Numbered from the stretch's first letter, positions 1 through 11,667 are shown. The stretch is DNA of 32,000 nucleotides from Vibrio vulnificus CMCP6 (GCF_000039765.1 NC_004459.3:2811127-2843126); one strand, 5' to 3'. Notes: generated from the letters alone by a model not told the origin. Program-made: numbers and translations.

Positions 1-1419
1 GAAGATGCTCAACAGTACATCAACCTGGCCGAGTCGCATGGTGATGCCACGGTAGTGAGCCCCGTGAGTATGCTCAATGGAGAACCTTCCATTACCTTTT
101 CACTCAAACGTATTGATGATTCGGTTGATTTCTTTGTTCTCAATCTGGGTCAGTTTAGCCAAGTCATCGCCGATTATGCGGCAGAAGGCAGCTACGCTGA
201 ATTACTCGCCAATGGCAGCGTTATTTTTAGCAATAAACAAGGCAGCAACTTAACCCCCATCGCCCGACCAGTGGAATTTGCAGGCCAACGCTGGGAACTT
301 ATCGGCTACATCGATTTGGATAACATTCAGTCGAATACTGACCAACTCAACTGGATGATCACCCTCGCGCTCTTGGTGTGTGCCGCGGTCATCATCGTCT
401 CCAGCGTCATTCTTTTGCAGGTTTCCTTTAAACCGCTTAGCCGCCTCAACTCGGTGGTGGCAGATCTTTCTCAAGGCAACGGCGACCTAACCCAACGTTT
501 GGCCATTGAATCCAAAGACGAAATTGGCCAAATCTCTCACTCAATTAACCTGTTTATTGAAAAATTACAGCAGATGTTCATTGAAGTGGCCGATTCCTCT
601 AAAGAAATCGACCACGCCGTCGTGAATTTGAGTGAACAGTCGCGATCAAATCTTCACACGCTCAATCAGCATACCCAAGAGACAGAACAGGCCATTACCG
701 CGATTGAAGAGATGAGCGCCAGCGCTAATTCCATTTCGCAAAGCGCCGACAACGCCGCGCACCTGACAGAGACCACCACCCGTTATGCTGATGAGTCAAA
801 ACAAACGGTGACGGGTGCAGTGGAGAGCGTGAACGGATTGGTGACTCAAGTGGTGGCAATGTCAGACACCATTACGCGCATGAGTGATGATACCAAGCAA
901 ATTAGCACTGTCCTTCAGGTGATTGGTGATATCGCCGAGCAAACCAACCTACTCGCGCTCAACGCAGCGATCGAAGCGGCTCGCGCTGGTGAGCAAGGCC
1001 GAGGCTTTGCTGTTGTCGCAGATGAAGTTCGCGCATTAGCAGCGCGAACGCAGCAAAGTACCGCTCAAATTAACGAAATGCTGGCGAAGTTGAAAAACAC
1101 AACCGAAAACGTGGTTAACGAGATGGGCTCCACTCGCACTCGTTGTGAAGAAACCGCAGAGCGAACCAACCATGTGATGGATTCACTGAATGTGGTCACC
1201 GACTCAGTCGCAGAGATCAATAACCTCAATACATTGATGGCAACATCGGCCATGGAGCAACGACAAGTGACACAAGAAGTGAGCAAAAACATGGCAGCGA
1301 TTCAGGAAATCGTTCGCCTGCTCAACGAAAATGCGGCGCAATCGACCTCCATCAGCGATGAGTTACAAAACACCTCTCATGCGTTGACCGATGTAGTCGG
1401 CCGATTCCGCGTACAGTAG
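1..1419 (+). CDS. methyl-accepting chemotaxis protein, 5' end cut by window edge
   Basis: Frame 1 is open from base 1 ([19 protein letters not shown]...), so the GTG at 55 in the ORF track is not the true start. Contains a TM segment [22 protein letters not shown], a HAMP-like linker and the near-invariant MCP signalling hairpin [36 protein letters not shown] strong terminator follows. Confidence 0.92.
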   Translation, partial: EDAQQYINLAESHGDATVVSPVSMLNGEPSITFSLKRIDDSVDFFVLNLGQFSQVIADYAAEGSYAELLANGSVIFSNKQGSNLTPIARPVEFAGQRWELIGYIDLDNIQSNTDQLNWMITLALLVCAAVIIVSSVILLQVSFKPLSRLNSVVADLSQGNGDLTQRLAIESKDEIGQISHSINLFIEKLQQMFIEVADSSKEIDHAVVNLSEQSRSNLHTLNQHTQETEQAITAIEEMSASANSISQSADNAAHLTETTTRYADESKQTVTGAVESVNGLVTQVVAMSDTITRMSDDTKQISTVLQVIGDIAEQTNLLALNAAIEAARAGEQGRGFAVVADEVRALAARTQQSTAQINEMLAKLKNTTENVVNEMGSTRTRCEETAERTNHVMDSLNVVTDSVAEINNLNTLMATSAMEQRQVTQEVSKNMAAIQEIVRLLNENAAQSTSISDELQNTSHALTDVVGRFRVQ

Positions 1420-1440
1420 CGTCCCCCTCTCTTTCTTAAA

Positions 1441-1478
1441 GCCCCCTCCACCCGCATTAATGGTGGAGGGGGCTTTTT
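1441..1478 (+). terminator. rho-independent terminator of the MCP gene
   Basis: GCCCCCTCCACC (1441-1452) pairs with GGTGGAGGGGGC (1462-1473) as a perfect 12-bp stem with a 9-nt loop, followed by TTTTT. Confidence 0.9.
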
Positions 1479-1684
1479 CTAATTTCCTGATTTCAAAGAA
1501 ACTGTGCAGAGGTGCACATCATTTTGCATCTCCGTTCTCATTAACCACATTTTCTATGATGAAATTCTAACTTCATGATATTTTTCGTTAATCACATGTA
1601 GCATTTTTGATACATTTTCAGCTGTTAGTTGCGAGGCAGGTTCCATTTTTATTTGGAACAGCCTGTAAAAGGAACAGAAGCCCC

Positions 1685-2845
1685 ATGTTAGATTATCTCG
1701 CGATGAACAGCATCGCCGCTCAAGATAAAGACATCGTCACCATACTCGATGAACTCTTCCAGCATTGTGTCGAGCGCTATCCCACATTCAGTCGTTTTTC
1801 GGTGGCGCTCCTCGGTGACAAAAAAGCCTCCAACTATTATGTGCAGGATCGCCTGCTCTCTAAGCAAACGTCCCAGCAGTTGGATTATGTCGATCATGAG
1901 TTGCGCATAGACTCTGCCCTTACTGGTCTTGCGTATAGCAACAGCATTCGTATCGTGGATAATTTGAGCACCATGGTGCAAACCGAGCGTGTCTCTCGTT
2001 TATTGAGCATCGGCCACCGTAGTAGCTATACCGTTCCACTGAACTACCGCAATAAAACTCTCGGCTTTATTTTTTACAACGCGGCGACATCAAGCTTCTT
2101 TTCAAACGACAATATTCAAAAAGATTTTGCCTTTCTTTCCAATCTTGTCGCGCACCTTTTTATTCATTTACATGAAAACCAAAAGCACTTTCAATCGGCC
2201 CTCTCCATTGCGCTGAACATGGGTCATGCACGCGATCCTGAAACCAAAGAACACCTCATTCGCATGGGTAAGATCAGTGAATTGCTGGCACGATTACTGG
2301 CCCATCAGAAACCCGAGATTACCCACCAATTCATCCATCGCATTCGCCTTTACGCGCCATTTCACGATATTGGTAAGTATAAAATCCCCGATCACATTCT
2401 CTTTAGCGATAAACGTTTTACTGCCGAAGAGCGTCAGATCATGAATATGCACACTATTTATGGGGAAGAGATGATTGAAGAAGTCATCCATTTGGCCAAT
2501 GCTGAACTGGTTTCCGATGACGAAGTGGCTTTTATCAAACACATTGTTCGTCACCATCACGAAGCCTTTAATGGTGAAGGGTTGCCCGATCAACTCGCAG
2601 AACAATCCATTCCACTAGAAGCGCGAATTGTCACGCTGGCCGACGTGTTTGACGCACTACTGAGTCGCCGCGCCTATAAACCCGCGTGGTCGGTGGATGC
2701 GGTTATGGACTACATAAGAGCCAACACAGGTCGTCTGTTTGATCCTGAATGCGTTAGTGCCTTAATCGATAATTTGGAACAGTTCCTCGCCATTCGCGAT
2801 AGGTATCTCGATCAAGAAGAACTCCCTAAAGGATGTGTGGCTTAA
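1685..2845 (+). CDS. HD-GYP-family phosphodiesterase with variant signature and an uncharacterised N-terminal sensor region
   Basis: HD-domain motifs are present: FHDIGKYKIP, HTIYGEEMI, HHHEAFNGEGLPD and RIVTLADVFDALLSRRAYK. The ATG at 1685 is preferred over the TTG at 1607 because AAAAGGA lies about 10 nt upstream. The GYP signature reads GLP. Confidence 0.85.
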   Translation: MLDYLAMNSIAAQDKDIVTILDELFQHCVERYPTFSRFSVALLGDKKASNYYVQDRLLSKQTSQQLDYVDHELRIDSALTGLAYSNSIRIVDNLSTMVQTERVSRLLSIGHRSSYTVPLNYRNKTLGFIFYNAATSSFFSNDNIQKDFAFLSNLVAHLFIHLHENQKHFQSALSIALNMGHARDPETKEHLIRMGKISELLARLLAHQKPEITHQFIHRIRLYAPFHDIGKYKIPDHILFSDKRFTAEERQIMNMHTIYGEEMIEEVIHLANAELVSDDEVAFIKHIVRHHHEAFNGEGLPDQLAEQSIPLEARIVTLADVFDALLSRRAYKPAWSVDAVMDYIRANTGRLFDPECVSALIDNLEQFLAIRDRYLDQEELPKGCVA

Positions 2846-2928
2846 CCTTGTGTTAAGCCATTTTCTATCCATGTAAAAGCGTATTTTCCCTCACTTTTTG
2901 TTTCTTTCTGCTTTCAGTTTTCGCTCTC

Positions 2929-2979
2929 ACTTCATTAAAGCTTCATTTTTCTGCCATCTAGTTTGCACGTTTTTGCAAC
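2929..2979 (+). promoter_or_regulatory. candidate Pho-box-like phased repeats upstream of ugpB
   Basis: Five 7-mers sit in 11-bp register, separated by A/T-rich 4-mers: ACTTCAT(2929), GCTTCAT(2940), CTGCCAT(2951), TTTGCAC(2962), TTGCAAC(2973). The pattern resembles CTGTCAT-A(A/T)A(A/T)-CTGTCA(C/T). The best unit, CTGCCAT, matches 6/7. Confidence 0.35.
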
Positions 2980-3047
2980 ATTTCTCCGCCAGCATAGCTT
3001 CAAACGAAACAACATTAGTCTCGTACGAAAGCAAAAGGAACATTCAA

Positions 3048-4352
3048 ATGAACAAGGTATGGGTTAACGGACTTCTCTGCGCTGCGGTGTCTAGCGGTTT
3101 TTCTGCAACAGCGTTTGCGACCACGGAAATTACTTGGTGGCACGCGATGGGCGGCCAACTGGGTGAAACGGTCAATCATTTAGCGACTGAGTTCAACGCC
3201 TCACAAAATGAATACAAACTGACACCGGTTTACAAAGGTTCGTACACCGAAACACTCACCGCGGGCATTGCCGCGTTTCGAGCGGGCCAAGCGCCCAACA
3301 TTCTGCAAGTGTTCGATGCGGGTGCCGCGACCATCATCAACAGCAAAGGGGTAGCCAAACCTGTCCAAACGCTAATGATTGAGTCAGGCTACCCATTCAG
3401 CGCACAAGATTACATTGCTGGCGTACGCAACTTTTATGCTGATAGCCAAGGCAAAATGATTGGTATGCCTTTCAACAGCTCAACCCCTGTGCTGTATTAC
3501 AACAAAGACATGCTGGCCGAAGTAAATGCCAAAGCACCGCAAACTTATGAACAGCTTGAGCAAGTCGCCGCGAAGTTGGCTTCAAAAGGCAAAGCTGGCT
3601 TTTCTCAATCGCTCACGCCTTGGATCATGTTTGAGAACTTCAAGTCTCGCCATAACTTGCCTCTGTCCGATCAACAAAACGGCTACCAAGCCCTTTCTAC
3701 CAAAATCATGTTCAGCACCGACGACATGCTGATGCACGTGAAGAAGTTGAAAGAGTGGTCAGACAAAGGCTACTACAAGTATTACGGCAGTGATTGGGAT
3801 GCGAACCAAACCCCATTTGAGCGTGGTGAAGTGGCAATGTGGATGGGCTCTTCTGGTTCATTTGGTGGCTTGCGTAATCGCGTGAAGTTTAACTTGGGCA
3901 CAACGTATCTGCCTTACTGGGAATCCATCACACAAAAGCCGACTCACACCTTTATTGGAGGCGCAGCGCTGTTTGCCTTAAACGGCCATAGCTCCAAACA
4001 AGATAAAGGCGTCGCCGCTTTCTTTGATTACCTCACCAAGCCAGAAACACAAATGTACTGGCACAAAACCACCGGTTACGTCCCTGTTACGCAAGCCGCC
4101 TATGAACTGACGAAGCAATCTGGCTACTACCAAGAAAACCCAGATGCAGAAGTGGGGGTAAAACAGCTTAGCCTGCCCGATGGCGAGTGGACCAAAGGTT
4201 ACCGTTTAGGCTACTACCCACAAGTTCGTGAAGTGATGCACCGTGAATTTGACAACATTTTCTCTGGCCGTTCGACGGTAGAAAATAGCTTAAACAAAGT
4301 GGAAAACGAAAGCGAAAAACTGCTTAACCGCTTTGCTCGTACCGTGCAATAA
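3048..4352 (+). CDS. ugpB: sn-glycerol-3-phosphate ABC transporter substrate-binding protein
   Basis: The ATG at 3048 has AAAAGGA 9 nt upstream. A signal peptide MNKVWVNGLLCAAVSSGFSATAFA is followed by TEITWWHAMGG, typical of UgpB-type SBPs. UgpA/E/C genes lie directly downstream. The track start at 2898 adds a non-secretory extension. Confidence 0.9.
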   Translation: MNKVWVNGLLCAAVSSGFSATAFATTEITWWHAMGGQLGETVNHLATEFNASQNEYKLTPVYKGSYTETLTAGIAAFRAGQAPNILQVFDAGAATIINSKGVAKPVQTLMIESGYPFSAQDYIAGVRNFYADSQGKMIGMPFNSSTPVLYYNKDMLAEVNAKAPQTYEQLEQVAAKLASKGKAGFSQSLTPWIMFENFKSRHNLPLSDQQNGYQALSTKIMFSTDDMLMHVKKLKEWSDKGYYKYYGSDWDANQTPFERGEVAMWMGSSGSFGGLRNRVKFNLGTTYLPYWESITQKPTHTFIGGAALFALNGHSSKQDKGVAAFFDYLTKPETQMYWHKTTGYVPVTQAAYELTKQSGYYQENPDAEVGVKQLSLPDGEWTKGYRLGYYPQVREVMHREFDNIFSGRSTVENSLNKVENESEKLLNRFARTVQ

Positions 4353-4358
4353 CCCCTT

Positions 4359-4393
4359 TGCCGCCGGCTCTCTGGAGTCGGCGGCATTTTTTT
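4359..4393 (+). terminator. hairpin/attenuator-type terminator between ugpB and ugpA
   Basis: GCCGCCG (4360-4366) pairs with CGGCGGC (4379-4385), followed by a T7 run. Confidence 0.7.
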
Positions 4394-4413
4394 ATTTCCG
4401 TTTTACATAGAGA

Positions 4414-5301
4414 ATGACCGTGGAACGCCGACAACACTTTTCCCACACTCCGCTCCCCTATCTGCTGCTGGCGCCGCAGATCGTGATCATCGGGGTGTTC
4501 TTTATCTACCCTGCCGCACAAGCCATTTACCTCTCGTTTATGTTGGAAGACCCATGGGGCCTCTCTTCCACTTTTGTTTGGTTTGAAAACTATCAACTGC
4601 TGTTCACATCGAGTGATTATTTGGAATCCTTAGGCTTTACCTTACTGTTTTCCGTGTTGGTTTCGTTTCTTTCGCTCGCGCTCGCGTTGTTGTTGGCGGT
4701 GAAAGCAGACAACATCATTCATGGCCAAGGCCCTTATCGCATCACCTTAACGTGGGTTTACGCTGTCGCCCCTGCCGTCGCGGGGATCATTGGCGGCTTT
4801 CTGTTTAACCCTCATATTGGCGTGTTAACGGATCTCTTCGAACGCCTTGGTTGGCAGTTTAGTTTTCAAACCGATCCCGTCGACGCCACAATTGCATTAG
4901 TGTTGGTTTCGGTGTGGAAACAGATTTCCGTCAACTTTGTCTACTTCTTAGCGGGGCTTCAGTCCATCTCTTACGCCGTGCGAGAAGCCGCACTGTTGGA
5001 CTGCCAAAGCGACAACAAACGTTTTTGGACCATCACCTTTCCGCTACTTGCGCCAACGGGCTTTTTCCTTTTGGTGATCAACCTAACCTATGCCTTCTTC
5101 GAAACCTTCGGCGTGATTGACACCATGACCAATGGTGGGCCAGGCGGCAGCACCACATCATTAGTGTACAAGGTGTATCGCGATGGTTTTGTCGGTGCAG
5201 ACCTTGGCGGTAGCTCCGCACAATCGGTCGTACTGCTGGTATTGGTGCTGCTGCTGACATGGCTGCAATTTCGTTTTGTCGAAAAACGCGTTCATTACTA
5301 G
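4414..5301 (+). CDS. ugpA: sn-glycerol-3-phosphate ABC transporter permease
   Basis: MalF/UgpA-type six-TM permease containing the EAA-loop region (EAALLDCQSDNKRFWTITFPLLAP). Position in the ugp operon supports the call. Confidence 0.88.
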   Translation: MTVERRQHFSHTPLPYLLLAPQIVIIGVFFIYPAAQAIYLSFMLEDPWGLSSTFVWFENYQLLFTSSDYLESLGFTLLFSVLVSFLSLALALLLAVKADNIIHGQGPYRITLTWVYAVAPAVAGIIGGFLFNPHIGVLTDLFERLGWQFSFQTDPVDATIALVLVSVWKQISVNFVYFLAGLQSISYAVREAALLDCQSDNKRFWTITFPLLAPTGFFLLVINLTYAFFETFGVIDTMTNGGPGGSTTSLVYKVYRDGFVGADLGGSSAQSVVLLVLVLLLTWLQFRFVEKRVHY

Positions 5302-5310
5302 GGAGCAAGT

Positions 5311-6153
5311 ATGAAAAGTAATCGACTCTCTGATCACTTAATTTTGATCGCTGGCGCACTCTTTATGTTGCTGCCACTTTGGCTGATCTTCGCCAGCTCT
5401 ACCCACAACCCAAACACCATCGTCTCGGAAGGATTGCAATGGACGCTAGGAGACAATCTGCAAGCGGTTTACAGCGAGGCATGGAACAAAAGTTTGGGCT
5501 TTGCTAGTAATGTGACCGCTCATACCATGATCGTGAACTCTCTCATCATGGGGCTAGGTTTTGCGATTGGTAAAATCATTATCTCGATGATGGCAGCGTA
5601 CGCACTGGTTTATTTTCGCCTACCCTATTCCACCGCGTGGTTTTGGCTGATCTTCATCACACTGCTGCTGCCGCTGGAAGTGCGTATCATCCCTTCGTAT
5701 GAAGTGGTTTCTCGCTTAGGTATGCTCAATAGCTACACTGGTTTAGTGCTGCCTCTTATCGCCTCCGCCACTGCCACGTTTTTCTTTCGTCAATTTTTTA
5801 AAACCATTCCTGATGAACTGCTCGAGGCAGCACAACTTGACAATGCAGGGCCGATACGATTTTTTATCGATATTTTGTTCCCTCTGTCCAAAACCATGAT
5901 GGCCGCCATCTTCATCATCATGTTTATCGTGGGTTGGAATCAATATCTCTGGCCGATCATGATGACCACCGATGAGCAGTACAACACCATCGTCATGGGC
6001 ATCAAACAGATTCTCAATAACATCAATGAAACCAGCTTACCTCGTTATGACTACGCCTTTGCCATGGTGATCCTCGCCATGTTGCCACCTGTTTTGGTGG
6101 TGGTCATCTTCCAGCGTTGGTTTGTTAAAGGATTAGTAGAAAGTGAAAAATAA
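5311..6153 (+). CDS. ugpE: sn-glycerol-3-phosphate ABC transporter permease
   Basis: MalG/UgpE-type permease with EAA loop (EAAQLDNAGPIRFFIDILFPLS). A GGGAG Shine-Dalgarno sequence precedes the ATG at 5311. Confidence 0.88.
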   Translation: MKSNRLSDHLILIAGALFMLLPLWLIFASSTHNPNTIVSEGLQWTLGDNLQAVYSEAWNKSLGFASNVTAHTMIVNSLIMGLGFAIGKIIISMMAAYALVYFRLPYSTAWFWLIFITLLLPLEVRIIPSYEVVSRLGMLNSYTGLVLPLIASATATFFFRQFFKTIPDELLEAAQLDNAGPIRFFIDILFPLSKTMMAAIFIIMFIVGWNQYLWPIMMTTDEQYNTIVMGIKQILNNINETSLPRYDYAFAMVILAMLPPVLVVVIFQRWFVKGLVESEK

Positions 6154-6205
6154 TCAGAACTCCAATATTCATCCGATTCGCCGCTCAATTTCTGCGGAGC
6201 CGATA

Positions 6206-7324
6206 ATGCTAGACATTCAACAACTGGTAAAAACATATGAAAATGGCCACCAAGCGGTAAAAGGTGTCGACCTGGCGATCCATCAAGGCGAATTTATTGT
6301 CTTAGTCGGCCCATCGGGATGTGGAAAATCGTCAATCTTGCGCTCTATCGCTGGATTAGAAGCGATCACCTCGGGAGAAATTCACCTTGCTGGTCGACGC
6401 GTCGATAACGAAAAGCCCGCCAACCGTGATATCGCCATGGTGTTTCAAAACTATGCGCTCTATCCGCATATGAGTGTGTACGACAACTTGGCGTATGGGC
6501 TGAAAAATCGTGGCGTCAGTAAAGCCACCATTGCGGAAAAAATTGCCAAAGTCGCCAAAACGCTCAAGATTGAAGAGTATCTCGATCGTAAGCCCGCCAA
6601 ACTCTCTGGCGGCCAACGTCAGCGTGTGGCGATGGGACGAGCGATTGTTCGCGATCCGCAACTGTTCTTATTTGACGAACCCCTCTCCAACCTCGACGCG
6701 GCCTTGCGTGCTCACATGCGGCTGGAAATCAAAAAATTGCAGCGAGAGCTTGGCGTCACTAGCGTCTACGTCACCCATGATCAGGTGGAGGCCATGACCC
6801 TTGCCGACCGTATCGTGGTTCTCAAACAAGGTGAAATTGAACAAATTGGCACGCCCGCAGAAGTGTATCACCAACCCGCGAGCACTTTTGTCGCGAGTTT
6901 CATTGGTAGCCCTGCGATGAACTTCCTAGCTGCCTCAATCCGTGACGGGAAATTGCAATTGGCGGGAAAACAGTGGTCAGTACCATACGATGCCAACTTA
7001 AACTGCAACACACTCACGTTGGGCATTCGCCCCGAACACGCCTCACTACAACCCGTCGACGATGCCATCGAGCTGAGTATCAACATCCAAGTGGTTGAAC
7101 CCTTGGGCCCAAATCAATTGGTGCATGGCAAAATTAATGGTGAGTATGGTGATGAAGACTTTATTGCGGTTACCGCAGAAATGCCGCTGACCATCGGTGA
7201 CAATCTGCCAATTTGGGTACGCGTTGAACAGTTGCATCTCTTTGATGAACAAGAAAAACGCATTCCGATCTCAGCTCAATCGCCGTCTGTCGATACGCGT
7301 CAGCAACAGAGACAACAGCAATGA
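6206..7324 (+). CDS. ugpC: sn-glycerol-3-phosphate ABC transporter ATP-binding protein
   Basis: Walker A GPSGCGKSS, signature LSGGQRQRVAMGRA, Walker B LFLFDEPLS and a MalK-like C-terminal regulatory domain. The ATG at 6206 (GCGGAG upstream) aligns with the N-terminus of E. coli UgpC as I recall it. The GTG at 6143 is an alternative start. Confidence 0.9.
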   Translation: MLDIQQLVKTYENGHQAVKGVDLAIHQGEFIVLVGPSGCGKSSILRSIAGLEAITSGEIHLAGRRVDNEKPANRDIAMVFQNYALYPHMSVYDNLAYGLKNRGVSKATIAEKIAKVAKTLKIEEYLDRKPAKLSGGQRQRVAMGRAIVRDPQLFLFDEPLSNLDAALRAHMRLEIKKLQRELGVTSVYVTHDQVEAMTLADRIVVLKQGEIEQIGTPAEVYHQPASTFVASFIGSPAMNFLAASIRDGKLQLAGKQWSVPYDANLNCNTLTLGIRPEHASLQPVDDAIELSINIQVVEPLGPNQLVHGKINGEYGDEDFIAVTAEMPLTIGDNLPIWVRVEQLHLFDEQEKRIPISAQSPSVDTRQQQRQQQ

Positions 7325-8094
7325 GGCTGGCAGTGAGCTTATCCACTCGACAAAAACAGATCCTCGCGTATTTGCAGCAAACCCATGGGGTACTTTCCAG
7401 TGCCCTGCTTTCTGAGCGTTTTGATGTGTCGGTGCAAACCATTCGCAAAGATATGAATGACTTGAGCGATAAAGGCATGGTGCGTCGTGTGCATGGAGGC
7501 ATCTCACTCCCCAGCGCCAATGACAATCTCTCTTTTACCAATCGCGATCTAATCAATCTCTCCGCCAAGCAGCGTATCGCGCAAAAAGTGGCGCTTGAAT
7601 TGCCAGAAGGCAGCAGCATTTTCTTAGGCATTGGCACCACACCTAAACAGGTTGCGCAGGCCTTGTTGGATCACCCAGGTTTAACGGTGGTGACCAACAA
7701 TCTCAACGCCGCACTGACACTCAGTCGCAACCCCAACATCACCTTGCATCTTGCTGGAGGATTGGTGCGACACTCTGACGAAGATACGGTTGGCGAAGTG
7801 ACCACACGTTTTTATCGCCGCTTCAACATCAAAATTGGCATCTTCGGCGTCGGTGGCATGACACACAATGGGCAACTGCTCGACTTCACCCCCGAAGAAG
7901 CGAATCTCACTCGCGCCATCATTGAATGCAGCGAGCAATGCTGGTTGGTTGCAGACAAAAGCAAATTAGGGCGCTATGCTCCGGTAGTAAGCGGTGAACT
8001 GTCTGAAATGCAAAAGCTTTTTGTGGATGAAATCACACCCGAGTTTCTTCAGCTGTGTCAGGATCACCAAGTTACGCTCATCCCTTCTCGATGA
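7321..8094 (+). CDS. DeoR/GlpR-family transcriptional regulator
   Basis: N-terminal wHTH (RQKQILAYLQQTHGVLSSALLSERFDVSVQTIRKDMNDL) and a DeoR C-terminal sugar-phosphate sensor domain. The start overlaps the ugpC stop as ATGA. Confidence 0.88.
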   Translation: MRLAVSLSTRQKQILAYLQQTHGVLSSALLSERFDVSVQTIRKDMNDLSDKGMVRRVHGGISLPSANDNLSFTNRDLINLSAKQRIAQKVALELPEGSSIFLGIGTTPKQVAQALLDHPGLTVVTNNLNAALTLSRNPNITLHLAGGLVRHSDEDTVGEVTTRFYRRFNIKIGIFGVGGMTHNGQLLDFTPEEANLTRAIIECSEQCWLVADKSKLGRYAPVVSGELSEMQKLFVDEITPEFLQLCQDHQVTLIPSR

Positions 8095-8119
8095 GGTGTG
8101 ATTGAATTAAGGAAACCCA

Positions 8120-8827
8120 ATGCCTCCAATGATTGTCGGCCACCGTGGTGTGGCTGGTTCTTACCCTGAAAATACCCGAGTTAGCGTCCAAGCCGCGATT
8201 GATCTTGGCCTAAGCTGGGTTGAAATAGATGTACAACCGACCAAAGATAATGTGTTGGTCGTCTGCCACGATCATACGATTGATCGCTGCAGTAACGGCA
8301 AAGGCCGTGTCGATGCCTACAGTTTGAAGGAACTGCAAGCGTTCGATTTTGGAGGATGGTTCGATGAAGCATTTACTGGCGAACCAATCATGACCTTGGA
8401 ATCGTTGCTCAATCTGGCGGCAGAATACGATTTAGGGCTCAATATCGAAGTGAAAGTCGACAACCACGATGTGGCTGAAGTGGCTTTGAATCTGAAAAAC
8501 CTTTTGGATAAAAGCCCCCTGACCGCCGATAAAATTCTGCTCTCGAGTTTTAGTCACGACATCATCTTACAGCTTCATCAGCACTGCCCTGGTTACAAGC
8601 TCGGCGTGCTCAGTGAGCGATTGTCCCAACGAGACCGGCAAGTGCTCAAAGAAGTCAACGCATTTAGTTGCAACCTCAACTACCGCTGGATCACAGAAAA
8701 ACACATTCGCGATTTAAAAACAGGCGGATATCAAATTTGGTGCTATACCGTTAATCAGGCAGATAAGTTCCGCTATCTCGACAAAGTGGATGCCATCTTC
8801 TCTGACTATCCCGAACGTTTTATCTAG
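8120..8827 (+). CDS. ugpQ: glycerophosphodiester phosphodiesterase
   Basis: GDPD-family motifs IVGHRGVAGSYPENT and EIDVQPTKD are present. AAGGA lies upstream. It is the last gene of the ugp cluster. Confidence 0.88.
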   Translation: MPPMIVGHRGVAGSYPENTRVSVQAAIDLGLSWVEIDVQPTKDNVLVVCHDHTIDRCSNGKGRVDAYSLKELQAFDFGGWFDEAFTGEPIMTLESLLNLAAEYDLGLNIEVKVDNHDVAEVALNLKNLLDKSPLTADKILLSSFSHDIILQLHQHCPGYKLGVLSERLSQRDRQVLKEVNAFSCNLNYRWITEKHIRDLKTGGYQIWCYTVNQADKFRYLDKVDAIFSDYPERFI

Positions 8828-8842
8828 CGTTCTCCCCTATCG

Positions 8843-8868
8843 AACCACTCGTTTTCGGATGAGTGGTT
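8843..8868 (+). terminator. weak hairpin after ugpQ
   Basis: AACCACTC (8843-8850) pairs with GAGTGGTT (8861-8868) around a 10-nt loop. There is no real T-tract. Confidence 0.3.
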
Positions 8869-9028
8869 TCAAAACATGACCTTACTGTGAACGTTTAAAC
8901 AGAATTTACCTATCAAAGGAATAGAGACAACGAATTAGATAAAACCCTACATAAGACATAGGATTAGTTTCATCAAGGTGCAGCACTCGTCGTCAACTGA
9001 TTCTTCGGCGCTCTGACACCTCCCTTAG

Positions 9029-11227
<2,199 letters not shown>

Positions 11228-11253
11228 TCGAATCACTTATCAGACTTGCACTC

Positions 11254-11293
11254 AAAGCCCCTTAGCTTACATGCTCGCTAGGGGGCTTTTTTT
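11254..11293. terminator. terminator shared by convergent katG and the DUF486 gene
   Basis: GCCCCTTAGC (11257-11266) pairs with GCTAGGGGGC (11277-11286) as a 10-bp stem with one G-U pair, followed by T7 on the + strand. AAA lies on the other side. The stop of the minus-strand gene lies inside the T-run. Confidence 0.85.
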
Positions 11294-11642
11294 ATGAAAA
11301 CTTACTGCGAAACGCAAAATAGACGGCGCCAACCAAACACAAACCAGCCCACAGGTAATCTAGTTTCAGTGGTTCACGTAAATAGAACACAGAGAACGGC
11401 ACAAAAACCATCAAGGTAATCACTTCTTGTAGAATTTTAAGCTGGCCTACATTGAGTGCAGTGTATCCAATGCGGTTCGCGGGTACTTGGAGAAGGTATT
11501 CAAAAAGTGCGATCCCCCAACTCACCAATGCTGCAATAATCCATGGTTTATTGTTCAACTCTTTGAGATGGGCGTACCAAGCAAATGTCATAAAAATATT
11601 GCTACAAATTAACAAGCCAACACTAACAACAATAGGGTTCAC
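11292..11642 (-). CDS. DUF486/DMT-superfamily small membrane protein
   Basis: Motif SNIFMTFAWYAHLK and four predicted TM helices. The track start at 11753 runs through the csp terminator (11696-11724), so an internal start is needed. I chose the GTG at 11642 (116 aa). The TTG at 11660 is an alternative. Confidence 0.7.
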   Translation of the reverse strand: MNPIVVSVGLLICSNIFMTFAWYAHLKELNNKPWIIAALVSWGIALFEYLLQVPANRIGYTALNVGQLKILQEVITLMVFVPFSVFYLREPLKLDYLWAGLCLVGAVYFAFRSKFS

Positions 11643-11667
11643 TTCTACTCTCGCCCACAAAAATTCG

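Noticed and set aside
2898-3047. N-terminal extensions in the ORF track for ugpB (2898), the SBP (17011), fahA (18798), rlmF (28202), the glutaredoxin-like gene (28675) and the HD-GYP gene (1607)
   Set aside because: Internal ATG starts have better Shine-Dalgarno sequences. They restore signal peptides or family N-termini, or they avoid running through neighbouring genes or terminators.
7170-7640. 156-aa minus-strand ORF, plus 7271..7507 and 7197..7415, across the ugpC/DeoR junction
   Set aside because: These lie entirely antisense to or overlapping two genes with clear family motifs. They have no Shine-Dalgarno sequence and show Cys/Arg/Ser-rich composition typical of antisense frames.
8899-8961. 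Possible OxyR site upstream of katG (ACAG-N7-CTAT-N7-ATAG-N7-GAAT at 8899-8935, and CTAC-N7-ATAG at 8947-8961)
   Set aside because: Only the central CTAT/ATAG pair is good. The outer elements are poor, and the two partial sites are not in the canonical four-element register. OxyR control of katG is plausible, but this sequence does not prove a site.
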